IMG/VR virus record: IMGVR_UViG_3300034420_000018
Span: 1-36,209 of that record
Direction: 5' to 3' (one strand)
DNA: 36,209 nucleotides
Source of the DNA: a virus
Lineage: Duplodnaviria; Caudoviricetes
Below are positions 24,934 through 34,208 of this stretch, piece by piece (position 1 is the first letter of the stretch; every line of letters starts with the position of its first letter). The position numbers and the translations under genes were made by a program. Below the pieces are notes generated by a model, which was not told where the DNA came from, did not search any database, and saw nothing but the letters and a program-made list of their open reading frames with translations.

Positions 24934-25240
24934 CTCGGACCCCCTTACGGGGATAGTTGAGTACTACTACGCCGATCCCGTCACGGGCGGATACATCATC
25001 GAAACCCAGCAGGACATCGAGCATATCATCGAGTTGAACAAGGCGGTGGTGAACGACAACGACACGGGATGGAAGGGGGAATGGCACCACGTCGCGCATA
25101 TCCCGCTGTCGATCCTGATGAAGCTCGCGCAGGATGGGATCGTCACCACCGGCGGCGAGGTGCTGGACGAAAAACGCTACCGCTCGTGGCTCAACGACCC
25201 CGAAAACCAACACTTCAGGGTGAAGCGGGGGCGCGTATGA
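24911..25240 (+). CDS. Conserved head-module protein downstream of the capsid gene
   Basis: GGAGG RBS; QDIEHIIELNK...HVAHIP...WLNDPENQHFR motif. Confidence 0.8.
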   Translation: MQTKRLLDSDPLTGIVEYYYADPVTGGYIIETQQDIEHIIELNKAVVNDNDTGWKGEWHHVAHIPLSILMKLAQDGIVTTGGEVLDEKRYRSWLNDPENQHFRVKRGRV

Positions 25241-25911
25241 CGCTGGTGAGTGAAAGCGGGCAGAAGCTCTACAAGGTGCTGATCGCGGTGCCGTGTGGCG
25301 AGTTGGTGCACGCGCGGTTCGCGCAGGACTTGGCACTGATGCTGGCGTACACGACGCACGTCCGGCCCGAGATGGAGGTGCATCTGGCGATGGTGCAGGG
25401 GACATACCTGCCACGGGCGCGGGCCGCGCTGGTGGCGCACGCGGTCGAGCGGACGGCGACGCACATCCTCTGGTTGGACGCGGATATGCGGTTCCCGAAA
25501 GACACGATTTTCCGGCTGTTGCGCCACGAGAAGCCCGTGGTGGCGGCGAACTATCCGACCCGTCAGCCCCCGATCCTGCCGACCGCCGTGCTGGAGGGCG
25601 GCGAGTACGTGTTCGACCATAGCACCGATCTAGTGGAGGCGAAGCACGCGGGGATGGGCTGTATGCTGACGGAGGTGCGGGTCTTTCTGGCGCTCAACAA
25701 GCCCTACTTCGCGATTGGCTATGCCCCGAAGGCGGACGAGTACGGCGGCGAGGATGTGTACTTCTGCGACAAGGCGCGGGCCAACGGGTTCGCGATCTGG
25801 ATTGACGGCGGGCTGTCGGAGGAGATTCGGCACTTGGGCGGGTTCGCGTTCGAGATGGGCCACGCACGGATGACCCGTGACGCGGCACTGGCACAACAGG
25901 AGAAGTCCTAG
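25237..25911 (+). CDS. GT-A fold (GT2-like) glycosyltransferase
   Basis: KVLIAVP, RARAALV, THILWLDADM (DxD), GMGCML, GEDVYFC; ATG 25237 overlaps the upstream stop. Confidence 0.82.
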   Translation: MTLVSESGQKLYKVLIAVPCGELVHARFAQDLALMLAYTTHVRPEMEVHLAMVQGTYLPRARAALVAHAVERTATHILWLDADMRFPKDTIFRLLRHEKPVVAANYPTRQPPILPTAVLEGGEYVFDHSTDLVEAKHAGMGCMLTEVRVFLALNKPYFAIGYAPKADEYGGEDVYFCDKARANGFAIWIDGGLSEEIRHLGGFAFEMGHARMTRDAALAQQEKS

Positions 25912-26543
25912 TGGCACTCACGACATACGCTCAACTGCTCGCCGCCGTTGCCGACTGGCTCAACCGGACGGACCTGACGACCGCCATTGACTACGACTTC
26001 CTCCCGCTCTGCGAGGCGGAACTGAAGCGGCGCGTACGGCGTACCACGAAGACGGGGACGATCTACGCCAACGCCGCCGAGATTTCCCCGCCAACCGACA
26101 TGGCGGAGCCGATCTCGCTGACGCTGGACTCGGGCAACCCATATCAGGACGTGCCGCTGAAGATCGTGACGCCGCAGAAGCTCGCGGAAGTCAAGGCGAT
26201 GTACGGTGGCGTGACGGGACGGCCCACACACGTCGCGTACTACAACTCGAAGTTCCAGTTCGCGCCGGAACCGGACCAGTCGTACGACTGCACGGTGGTC
26301 TACGCCATGCAGTTCACGGCACTCTCGGGATCGAATACCACGAACGCGGTCCTGACGGAAGCGCCGGACGCCTACCTCTACGGGTGCCTGTTGGCGGCGG
26401 CCCCGTATCTGGAGAACGACGAGCGGATTCCGGTATGGCAGGCGAAGTTCGACAAGGCGATTGACCAGTTGAACGAAGTGCGCCAGCGCGAGGAGTACGG
26501 CGCGGGCCTCGTGGAAGTGCGCCTCCCGTTTACTGTCGGCTAA
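25911..26543 (+). CDS. Head-tail adaptor protein
   Basis: TYAQLLAAVADWLNRTDLT, PDAYLYGCL..AAPYLENDERI motifs; position. Confidence 0.85.
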   Translation: MALTTYAQLLAAVADWLNRTDLTTAIDYDFLPLCEAELKRRVRRTTKTGTIYANAAEISPPTDMAEPISLTLDSGNPYQDVPLKIVTPQKLAEVKAMYGGVTGRPTHVAYYNSKFQFAPEPDQSYDCTVVYAMQFTALSGSNTTNAVLTEAPDAYLYGCLLAAAPYLENDERIPVWQAKFDKAIDQLNEVRQREEYGAGLVEVRLPFTVG

Positions 26544-28015
26544 TGTACAAGCTCCTGCCGCTGAAACTCCCGCCCGGACTGCGCGACAACGGGACGACGT
26601 ATCAGGCGAAGGATCGCTGGAACTCGGGCAACTTCGTCCGGTTCTTCAACGATACTATCCAGCCCATCGGGGGTTGGTCCTCGTGGACGACCTCGGGCGC
26701 GTCGATGGCGGGCGTGCCTCGGGCGATGATTACGTATCTCCGGCAGAGCGGGTCGGCGAACACGCCCTGCACGGTCATTGCTACGACCACGAAGCTCTTT
26801 GCGCTGGTCGGCACGGTTCTGTACGACATCACGCCTGCAGGGATGGCGACGACCGTCTCGTGGACGCTGGACGTGTACGGGAACTACGTGGTTGCGGTCG
26901 CGCATACCGCCGCGAACACGCCGAGTATCGCGTACAAGTGGGACTCGAACACCGCGAACGTCGCCACCAAGCTCCTGCCCTACGACGCGACCTCGACGTG
27001 GGACAAGACGTTTGCGTTGGTCGCCACGCCTGAGCGGTTCCTAATGGCCCTCGGCTCGACCGATTGGGCGGCGGGGTACGTCCTGACGACGGGCCTGCCG
27101 AACCCGCGGATGGTCGCGTGGGCCACGCAGGAAGGCGGATTGGCGGAAGCCGACTGGACGCCCTCGGCCACGAATACGGCTGGCTCGTTCGACCTTTCGA
27201 CCAACGGACAACTCGTCTGCGGCAAGGTCGGACGCGGCACGACGCTCCTCTGGACAACGGTGGACCTGTGGGGGGCCACGTACATCGGTGGCGAGCTCGT
27301 CTATCGCTTCGACAAGCTCGGGAACAACTGCGGCATCATCTCGCCCAACGCCGCTGTCGTGACGGACACCGCCGCGTACTGGATGGGGCAGAACGGGTTC
27401 TATCGGTTCGATGGGTTCGTCCAGCCGGTGCCATGCGACGTGCAGGACTACGTGTTCGGCTCCATCAACCGAAGCTACGTGCACCTCATCTGGGCGCTGG
27501 AGAACCCGACATACAGCGAGATCACGTGGTTCTACCCGCACGCCGCCCAGACCGAGATCACGCGGTACGTGACCCACAACTACCGCGAGAACCATTGGGT
27601 CTACGGCACGCTGGTCCGCACGGCAGGTGTCCCCTACATCGCTGGCGTGACCACGGGGCCGGTGATGACCAATGGCTCCGGCACGATTTTCACGCACGAG
27701 ACGGGGACGGGCCGCAACAGCGAAGGCACCCCATCGCTGACCTCGGGGCCGCTGGAACTCGAAGACGGGGACAACCTCGTCCAAATCCAGAAGGTGATTC
27801 CTGACGACGAAACCGTGGGGGATGTGAACCTGACGATCTACGGCGCACAGAACCCCGACAGTTCCGAAACGACGTATGGCCCGTACACCTTGACGGCCTC
27901 GACCTCGGTGCGCGTGAAGGCGCGACAAGTGCGGCTGAAACTGACGGAGGCCGTGGCCTCGGCGTGGCGCGTGGGCGTCATCCGGCTCGGCGTCGTCAAG
28001 TCGTCGAGGCGCTAG
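26543..28015 (+). CDS. Tail nozzle/hub protein (P22 gp10-like beta-propeller)
   Basis: LKLPPG start, CGIISPNA, YWMGQNGFYRFDG.V..VPCDV, EITWFYP; position after the adaptor. Confidence 0.82.
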   Translation: MYKLLPLKLPPGLRDNGTTYQAKDRWNSGNFVRFFNDTIQPIGGWSSWTTSGASMAGVPRAMITYLRQSGSANTPCTVIATTTKLFALVGTVLYDITPAGMATTVSWTLDVYGNYVVAVAHTAANTPSIAYKWDSNTANVATKLLPYDATSTWDKTFALVATPERFLMALGSTDWAAGYVLTTGLPNPRMVAWATQEGGLAEADWTPSATNTAGSFDLSTNGQLVCGKVGRGTTLLWTTVDLWGATYIGGELVYRFDKLGNNCGIISPNAAVVTDTAAYWMGQNGFYRFDGFVQPVPCDVQDYVFGSINRSYVHLIWALENPTYSEITWFYPHAAQTEITRYVTHNYRENHWVYGTLVRTAGVPYIAGVTTGPVMTNGSGTIFTHETGTGRNSEGTPSLTSGPLELEDGDNLVQIQKVIPDDETVGDVNLTIYGAQNPDSSETTYGPYTLTASTSVRVKARQVRLKLTEAVASAWRVGVIRLGVVKSSRR

Positions 28016-29815
28016 ATGGCGCAGCCGCTCGGCGGGGCGATGGGGCTTGGGCGCGCGCCCAAGACGTATGATCCGATTGAAGAAGCGCAGAACCGCGCCA
28101 CCATCGAGGACGCGCTGCGCCGGTTGCAGGGTGGCGCGCGGGCCGAAGACATCCTGACCTACATCAACGCCAAGGACTACGGCGTGGTGGGCGATGGCGT
28201 CACGGACGACACGACGGCGCTTCAGGCGGCATTGACGGCTGGCTACAACGAGGACCGCATCGTCAACTGCGGCGCGATGGTCGTCAAGATTTCGGGTGGA
28301 ACCGCCGTCACGGCGGGCGGGCTCACGGTCGGCATCGGCTACACGATCACGACGGTCGGCACGACGAACTTTACGCTGATCGGGGCCACCGCCAACACGG
28401 TCGGCCTGCATTTCGTGGCGACGGGGGTGGGATCAGGGACCGGCACGGCGACCCCGTGTGCGCTGACGGTGCAAGGCCCCGGCCTTGTGTTCGACTACAT
28501 CTCGCACGGCTCGGAGTACAACGGCACCGACATCACGACGGCGGGGACGGGGATTCTGGCGACGGGGTCGGGCTACACGTCGGTCCTGATCGCGCAGCGG
28601 CCCCAATACATCCGGTTCACGCTCTACGGGAACAACGCAGGCGCGCGTCCAGCGATCAACGGGGTGTGCTTCCAGAACCCGACTCTCGGCGTTATCCAGC
28701 ATATCCGTGTCTACGGCCTCGCGGGGTTCGGCGTCAAGGTCAACCGGATGTGGGACTGCCTGTGCCAGACGATTTCCGTGGAGTATTGCGGGACCGACAC
28801 GCACTATGCGTTCTCCATTGAGGAAGATACGGATTCGTGCAACGAGTCGCACATCACGCGGCTCCAAGTCGAACTCAGCGAACAGCGCGCCATCTTCATC
28901 CACCCGAACACACTGACCTGCTCGTTCACGACGATCCACTCCGAACGGGCAAACATCGACAACACGGCGGCAACGGCGCTGGTCACCGGCCAGTTCTATG
29001 TGATCGCCTCGGTCGGCACCAGCAACTTCACGCTGGCAGGTGCCTCGGCCAACACGGTCGGCATCGTGTTCACGGCGACCGGGACCACCACGGGGACCGG
29101 CACGGCGACCCCGATTGCATGGATTTTCGGCGGCGGGTCATGTTTGTATGCGAACGCGCGGGTGCAGGCCGAGGCGGGCGACGGATACCTCTGGGTGCGG
29201 GTCGGCAACACGACGTTCTCGGCCCTTCGCGTCGAAACCGGCACCGACCTCATCATCGAGGCAACCTCTGGTACGTCAGCGTCGTTCCTTGATCTCGATA
29301 TCACGGACGGAATACGGGAGCACCTGAACCAGAACGGCACGATTGTCATTTCGGGCGGCAAGCTCGCCACGATCATCGCCAACTGGACCGGCAACGCCAG
29401 CAACCGCTACATCACCCAGCCCATTGAATCGACGTGGACGCCGACCGTCACGATTGGCGGCTCGTCCACGGGCATCACCTATACCGCCCGCACCGGCCAG
29501 TACTCCCGCATTGGGCGCACGGTCTTGGCGACGTGCGACTTCACGCTGAACAGCCTCGGGGGGCTGACGGGGTCCGTCGTGATTACCGGCTTGCCTTACA
29601 CGGCGGCTGAGACAGCGGCGGCGCCAGTGGCGTTCTACTCAGGGGTATCGGGGTGGAACGGGTACTCCATCATTGGCCGCGTGGATGCGTCGGGAACGAG
29701 CATCATCTTGGGGCGCATCGACTCCGATACCGCCCCCACGCAGTTGTCCCACACCCAGATGCCGAGCGGATCACGGGTCGTCCTCTCGACGGTCTACCGG
29801 ACGACAGGTGCCTAG
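28016..29815 (+). CDS. Tailspike/fibre with pectate-lyase-like beta-helix
   Basis: INAKDYGVVGDGVTDDTTALQAA start of the beta-helix; C-terminal TWTPT...GQYSRIGRTV...ITGLPY domain. Confidence 0.85.
   Translation: MAQPLGGAMGLGRAPKTYDPIEEAQNRATIEDALRRLQGGARAEDILTYINAKDYGVVGDGVTDDTTALQAALTAGYNEDRIVNCGAMVVKISGGTAVTAGGLTVGIGYTITTVGTTNFTLIGATANTVGLHFVATGVGSGTGTATPCALTVQGPGLVFDYISHGSEYNGTDITTAGTGILATGSGYTSVLIAQRPQYIRFTLYGNNAGARPAINGVCFQNPTLGVIQHIRVYGLAGFGVKVNRMWDCLCQTISVEYCGTDTHYAFSIEEDTDSCNESHITRLQVELSEQRAIFIHPNTLTCSFTTIHSERANIDNTAATALVTGQFYVIASVGTSNFTLAGASANTVGIVFTATGTTTGTGTATPIAWIFGGGSCLYANARVQAEAGDGYLWVRVGNTTFSALRVETGTDLIIEATSGTSASFLDLDITDGIREHLNQNGTIVISGGKLATIIANWTGNASNRYITQPIESTWTPTVTIGGSSTGITYTARTGQYSRIGRTVLATCDFTLNSLGGLTGSVVITGLPYTAAETAAAPVAFYSGVSGWNGYSIIGRVDASGTSIILGRIDSDTAPTQLSHTQMPSGSRVVLSTVYRTTGA
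28301..29113 (+). repeat. Two copies of an ~50-aa module within the tailspike (about 28301-28456 and 28964-29113)
   Basis: YTITTVGTTNFTLIGATANTVGLHFVATGVGSGTGTATP vs YVIASVGTSNFTLAGASANTVGIVFTATGTTTGTGTATP; identical 21-mer at 28436-28456 and 29093-29113. Confidence 0.9.
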
Positions 29816-30176
29816 TCTCGCGGACTATCGCCCTCAGATCGAAGCGGCGCTGGCTTACGAAAACGGGGCGCACGCCTACGGCGACATTGTGCAGGGGGTT
29901 GCGGACGGGGCGATGCAGGCGTGGTACGGGCCGCACAGCATCGCGATTACGCAAGTAGACGAACAGCCGCACCAGAAGGCGTTGCACTTCTTTCTGGCTG
30001 GCGGGGTGATGGAAGAACTAGAGGCGATGACACCCGGAATCCTCGATTGGGGGGAAGAACAGGGCTGCACCATTGCGCGGTTCGTTGGTAGGCGCGGGTG
30101 GACGCGGAGCTTTCTGTCGCGAACGGGATGGAAGGACACGGGACTGGTCATCATGGAGCGAGCGATCAATGGCTAA
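29808..30176 (+). CDS. GNAT-like virion assembly protein
   Basis: LHFFLAGG...WGEEQGC....VGRRGW; position between tail and ejection genes. Confidence 0.72.
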   Translation: MPSLADYRPQIEAALAYENGAHAYGDIVQGVADGAMQAWYGPHSIAITQVDEQPHQKALHFFLAGGVMEELEAMTPGILDWGEEQGCTIARFVGRRGWTRSFLSRTGWKDTGLVIMERAING

Positions 30177-30855
30177 GGGGAAAATGAACACGAAGGTGTC
30201 CGCCGACAAAACCACCACGAGCGGCGGGCGATCTGGGACACAGGGGCCTGACGCGATCACGCAGGCCAAGATCGACGAAATCTATGGCACGGCCCAACGG
30301 GCGGGTGGGGCGATTCCCGGCTCCATCGGCGGCGCCCAAGACTTCTACTCTGGCCAGATGGGGTACGGCAATCAGGGCAACGCGGCCTTGGGTGGGGACG
30401 CCGCCGCCGCCGCGAAGTACATGAACCCATACCAATCGCAGGTCATCGACGCGATGATGGCCCAGTTCGCGCGCGGCGACAAGCGCACCGAAATGCAAAT
30501 GAACGACGCCGCGACTCGGGCAGGGGCGTTCGGTGGCTCCCGTCACGGGATTGCCACGGGGACGGCCTTGGCCGAGAACCGCGTCAACCAGAACGCGCAG
30601 ATCGCGGGCCTGCTCAACTCCGGCTTCGAGGGCGCAATGGGTCGCGCCGCGCAACAGGCGGGGATGGGATTCAATGCGGCCGGGGCCGGGGCGAACCTCG
30701 GAATGACGGCAGGCAATCCAGACCTGTGGCGGATGAATATTCTCCGGCAGGGGTTTGTCGGAATGCCGTACGGTACGCAGTATCAGGACCGGAACAATCA
30801 GGCGACCACAAAGACTGGCGGGGAGTTCTCCTACGGGGCGCGGGTGGGCCTCTAA
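30169..30855 (+). CDS. DNA ejection/internal virion protein
   Basis: G/A/Q-rich; YMNPYQSQVID and AGAFGGSR motifs. Confidence 0.75.
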   Translation: MAKGKMNTKVSADKTTTSGGRSGTQGPDAITQAKIDEIYGTAQRAGGAIPGSIGGAQDFYSGQMGYGNQGNAALGGDAAAAAKYMNPYQSQVIDAMMAQFARGDKRTEMQMNDAATRAGAFGGSRHGIATGTALAENRVNQNAQIAGLLNSGFEGAMGRAAQQAGMGFNAAGAGANLGMTAGNPDLWRMNILRQGFVGMPYGTQYQDRNNQATTKTGGEFSYGARVGL

Positions 30856-30857
30856 CA

Positions 30858-32138
30858 ATGCTACTCCTCGACCACGGCGCTATCGCGGACCTGCGGAAGA
30901 AACTGGCGGGAGGTCCGCCCGCGCCACAGAACGCGCTGATGGGGCCTCCGCCCACCCCTCCTCCGCCGCAAGTGAGTCCATCCATCCCGCAGGTCCCTCC
31001 GATTATGGAGCCGCCGCCGGAGGTGTATCAGAGGGCGATGGTCAGTCGGGGGCCGGGCGGGTTGCTGGCGCGTCCCGTGGCTCCCGCCGAATACGCGGGG
31101 ATGTTCAGTCGCGAGGAGCTGGCGCAGGCCACGCCGGGTCGCGTGCAGTCGCTCTTGGGCCGACTGATCGGGGAGTCGCCGCAGAACATCATGCGGATGA
31201 ATCTCGATGAAGCGGCCCAGCGCAAGGCGGGGGTTCTTGACTACCAGTCGAAGAAGCGCACCGCCGACGACGCCGAGAAGGAGCGCAAGGGGTTGGCCGA
31301 GGTGCAGGCCGCAATGCCCCCCGCCCCCGACCCGAGCGACTACGCCGCGACGTTGGCGTGGAATCGCGGGTTTATCTCCCGCCTGATGAGCAAGGGTCTC
31401 ATCAAGCAGGCGTACCAGATGTCGCAGTACCTCGACACGGAACCGCCCAAACAGACCTCCGCTTCGCCCGTCTCGAATCTGTCGTGGATTCCCGACACAA
31501 CGGCGCCGGGCGGATACCGTCAGCTTGGTAGTCCACAGAAACCGTCTACAGAAATGACGCCGTATCAGCGCGAGTCCATACGGCTTCAGGAAATGCGGCT
31601 GCGCCTAAGCCGGCAGGGGGCTTCTGGTGGTGTGAAGGCCCCGCGCCCACCGACCGAGGCGCAAGAGAAGTCGCACATCTTCTACAACCTGATGGCGACC
31701 TCGGCTCCAGAGATTGACGCGCTGGTTGCTGGGGGGAACGTCCGTCCAGATATGATTACGCTGGCCCTGCGCTCCGGGCCATTCGACTTTGCGGCCAATC
31801 GAATGCTCAACGACGACGAGCAGAAACTACTCCGTGCGGCCCGAGACTTCACGGCGGGCGTGCTACGCAAGGAGTCGGGCGCGGCGATCAAGAACGACGA
31901 AATCCTCAACACCTTCCAGCGGTACATCACGCTCTCTGGTGAGGGGGACGCGGTAGCCGGTGCCAAGAAGTCGGCTCGCGCGAACTATATGAAGACGATG
32001 GAGCGCTCGGCGCTTCCGGCCCTGAACTATTATCGCGCGATGGAGGGAGCAGTTCCAATGGAAGACCCCGACCACCCCGAGGCGACCGGCACGATGGTTC
32101 CCGTCCCGAAGACGGGCAAGCCTCACACGAGGTACTAA
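30858..32138 (+). CDS. Probable DNA ejection/internal virion protein
   Basis: Helical P/Q-rich protein; EMTPYQ and VLRKESGAAI motifs; position. Confidence 0.72.
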   Translation: MLLLDHGAIADLRKKLAGGPPAPQNALMGPPPTPPPPQVSPSIPQVPPIMEPPPEVYQRAMVSRGPGGLLARPVAPAEYAGMFSREELAQATPGRVQSLLGRLIGESPQNIMRMNLDEAAQRKAGVLDYQSKKRTADDAEKERKGLAEVQAAMPPAPDPSDYAATLAWNRGFISRLMSKGLIKQAYQMSQYLDTEPPKQTSASPVSNLSWIPDTTAPGGYRQLGSPQKPSTEMTPYQRESIRLQEMRLRLSRQGASGGVKAPRPPTEAQEKSHIFYNLMATSAPEIDALVAGGNVRPDMITLALRSGPFDFAANRMLNDDEQKLLRAARDFTAGVLRKESGAAIKNDEILNTFQRYITLSGEGDAVAGAKKSARANYMKTMERSALPALNYYRAMEGAVPMEDPDHPEATGTMVPVPKTGKPHTRY

Positions 32139-33511
32139 TGGACGACCTGACGATTGTCCAAAAGCTCCGCGAGAATCTGGCGTGGATGCGACAGAATGGG
32201 TCGTCCAAGCAAGAGATTGACGCCGAGATCGCGGCGGCGCGTCGGGCGCTATCCGGCAAGAGCCGCGAGGAGATCAACGCCGCAGAGCAGGAGATTGCGA
32301 CCCAGCCCGGATTCGCTGAACAGGTCAATCGCCGCCTGTTAGCGCTAACCAGCGAGGTTCCCGGCGCCCACGCCCTGATTGCCATAGGGCGTTCCGTTGG
32401 CGACGGCACCTACGCCGATGCGACGAAGGACATTGACGAGAGTGTGAGGCGGTACGATGCCGATGAGTCCGAGACGTGGCGTCGGCGCGGACTGAAGGTG
32501 GCTGGCGCGATTCCGGTGGGCGCATCGGCTGGGCGTGTTGCCGCGTCTGTTGCTGGTCGGGCGGCGGCGATGGGGGCCGCGCAGGCGGCAGGCACCGCAG
32601 ACCCAGAGATGTCGCTGATGGGACGCGGCGTCCGCACGGCGGTTGGTGGGGCCGTGGGCGGGCTGTTCGGGAAGCTCGGTGATGTTGCCGCCACGGCGAT
32701 TGGCACGATTGGCGTCACCAAACCCGCCCAGAAGCTCTTGCAGATGCAAGCGGAGCGGGCGAAGTCAGCCAAGGCGCTATACGATGCCGCAAAATCCGAG
32801 GGGGACGCGAGCCTGCTTGGCCCCGTCACGAAGCAGGTGGACGACTTCGTGAACGAGCCTGACATCGCCGAGATCGTGGCCGACTTGTCCAAGACCCGCA
32901 AGTATCGCGGGAAGCAACCCACCGACCCGGAGATGCTGGACGGCATAATCAAGGAACTGTCGGATCGGGCGGGCGTCATCAAGAAGGGTCAAATGTCCCC
33001 GACCCCGAGCCGCCCAAACGTGGGACGCACGCGGGCCGAGGACGTGCAGGCGGCGTCAGAGCAGGGGCTAGAGGCCATTTCTGGTCCGGGTGGCCCAATG
33101 CCGACGTATCGAAAGGCGGTAGCCGATTATGCCAACAAGTCCAAGCAGATTGAGGCATACAAGCGCGGATACACGGCAGTTGGCTCAGAGGCGGTAGTCG
33201 GTCTCCCGCCGATCAGCAATCTCCAGCAACGGTCGCCGGAATCGCTTGGCAACTGGTTGATGAAGACGAAGGCGACGGACGACATTCGCCGTGCCGCCGC
33301 AGAGGGAGTGGAGGGGGCGACGAAGGAGGCCCGTCGCCGGATGTCGCTGATCCGTCCGCTATGGAGTCTTGCGGCGGTTGAGGCGCTGTCCGAAGCGCCG
33401 ACTGTAATGAGGACGGCGGGTCTTCCGCGCACGCAAATGCGTAGTCTGTTCGATCTTGGTATCAGCACCGCCTCCGGTGGAATCGGCGGGTCGCTGGGGA
33501 GTTTCCGGTAG
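32138..33511 (+). CDS. Probable DNA ejection/internal virion protein
   Basis: A/G-rich helical protein with GGAVGGLFG segments; TAATG overlap. Confidence 0.7.
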   Translation: MDDLTIVQKLRENLAWMRQNGSSKQEIDAEIAAARRALSGKSREEINAAEQEIATQPGFAEQVNRRLLALTSEVPGAHALIAIGRSVGDGTYADATKDIDESVRRYDADESETWRRRGLKVAGAIPVGASAGRVAASVAGRAAAMGAAQAAGTADPEMSLMGRGVRTAVGGAVGGLFGKLGDVAATAIGTIGVTKPAQKLLQMQAERAKSAKALYDAAKSEGDASLLGPVTKQVDDFVNEPDIAEIVADLSKTRKYRGKQPTDPEMLDGIIKELSDRAGVIKKGQMSPTPSRPNVGRTRAEDVQAASEQGLEAISGPGGPMPTYRKAVADYANKSKQIEAYKRGYTAVGSEAVVGLPPISNLQQRSPESLGNWLMKTKATDDIRRAAAEGVEGATKEARRRMSLIRPLWSLAAVEALSEAPTVMRTAGLPRTQMRSLFDLGISTASGGIGGSLGSFR

Positions 33512-33653
33512 CAGTTAGCGGTTTGTAGCCCGTTCGGAGCGTTCTTGCAGAGGGACGCCAAGGCGGGGTGGTCCGTAGTGCAACGCGGGTCCGGAGTTCT
33601 CATACCGCCGCCGCGCAGGGCGTTCCTGCGTACCAATCTGCAAGGAGCAGAAG

Positions 33654-34205
33654 ATGGGTTCGATTCTCAGCAGGAACACCAGTACGGCGTTGTCTACGGC
33701 CACGAGCGCCGCGTCCGCCGCGTCTGGTGCCACGTCCACGGCCTCCAGCAAGGCCACGTCCGCCGCGACCGCCGCGTCAGCGGCCACGTCCGAGGCGTCC
33801 TCGAAGGCCACGAGCGTCAGCGTCCTGACCTCGACCGCCGACTCGAAGGCCGTCAGCAACTCGACGAACATCTCGACGGCGGATTCCAAGGGGGCTTCGT
33901 CTGGCACGCGGGCATCTACGGCGTCTTCGGTGGCGACTTCTGCCGCCGCGACGTTCTCGGCAGTCACGTCAGCGGCCACGTCGGCGGGAGTGGCGGGTTC
34001 GACCGCAGACAGCAAGGCGCTGTCGGTGAGTACGCTGACCTCGACGGCGGACTCGAAGGGCGTCAGCGCGGCCACGGCGGCCTCGGTGGCGACGAGTTCG
34101 GCGACCAGCAACTCCACCAACATCTCGACGGCGGATTCCAAGGGCACGTCTGCGGCCACGCGGGCGTCGGTGCTGGAGTCGCGTCTAACGAGCGGCGGGC
34201 ACTAA
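33654..34205 (+). CDS. Ser/Thr/Ala-rich STADSK-repeat protein 1
   Basis: AAGGAG RBS; about 70% S/T/A by hand count; five STADSK copies, mostly at 14-residue spacing. Confidence 0.85.
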   Translation: MGSILSRNTSTALSTATSAASAASGATSTASSKATSAATAASAATSEASSKATSVSVLTSTADSKAVSNSTNISTADSKGASSGTRASTASSVATSAAATFSAVTSAATSAGVAGSTADSKALSVSTLTSTADSKGVSAATAASVATSSATSNSTNISTADSKGTSAATRASVLESRLTSGGH

Positions 34206-34208
34206 TCC

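Noticed and set aside
27041-28411. Long antisense ORFs such as the 456-aa one here and 20966..21937
   Set aside because: These are shadow ORFs opposite well-supported genes in GC-rich DNA, with no recognisable motifs.
28301-29113. DGR template/variable repeat pair
   Set aside because: Differences are not adenine-specific, both copies are internal coding modules, and no reverse transcriptase is present in the window.
33512-33653. tRNA in intergenic gaps (also 9844-10166 and 13000-13130)
   Set aside because: I could not build a cloverleaf with a T-loop GTTCRA and an acceptor stem in any of them.
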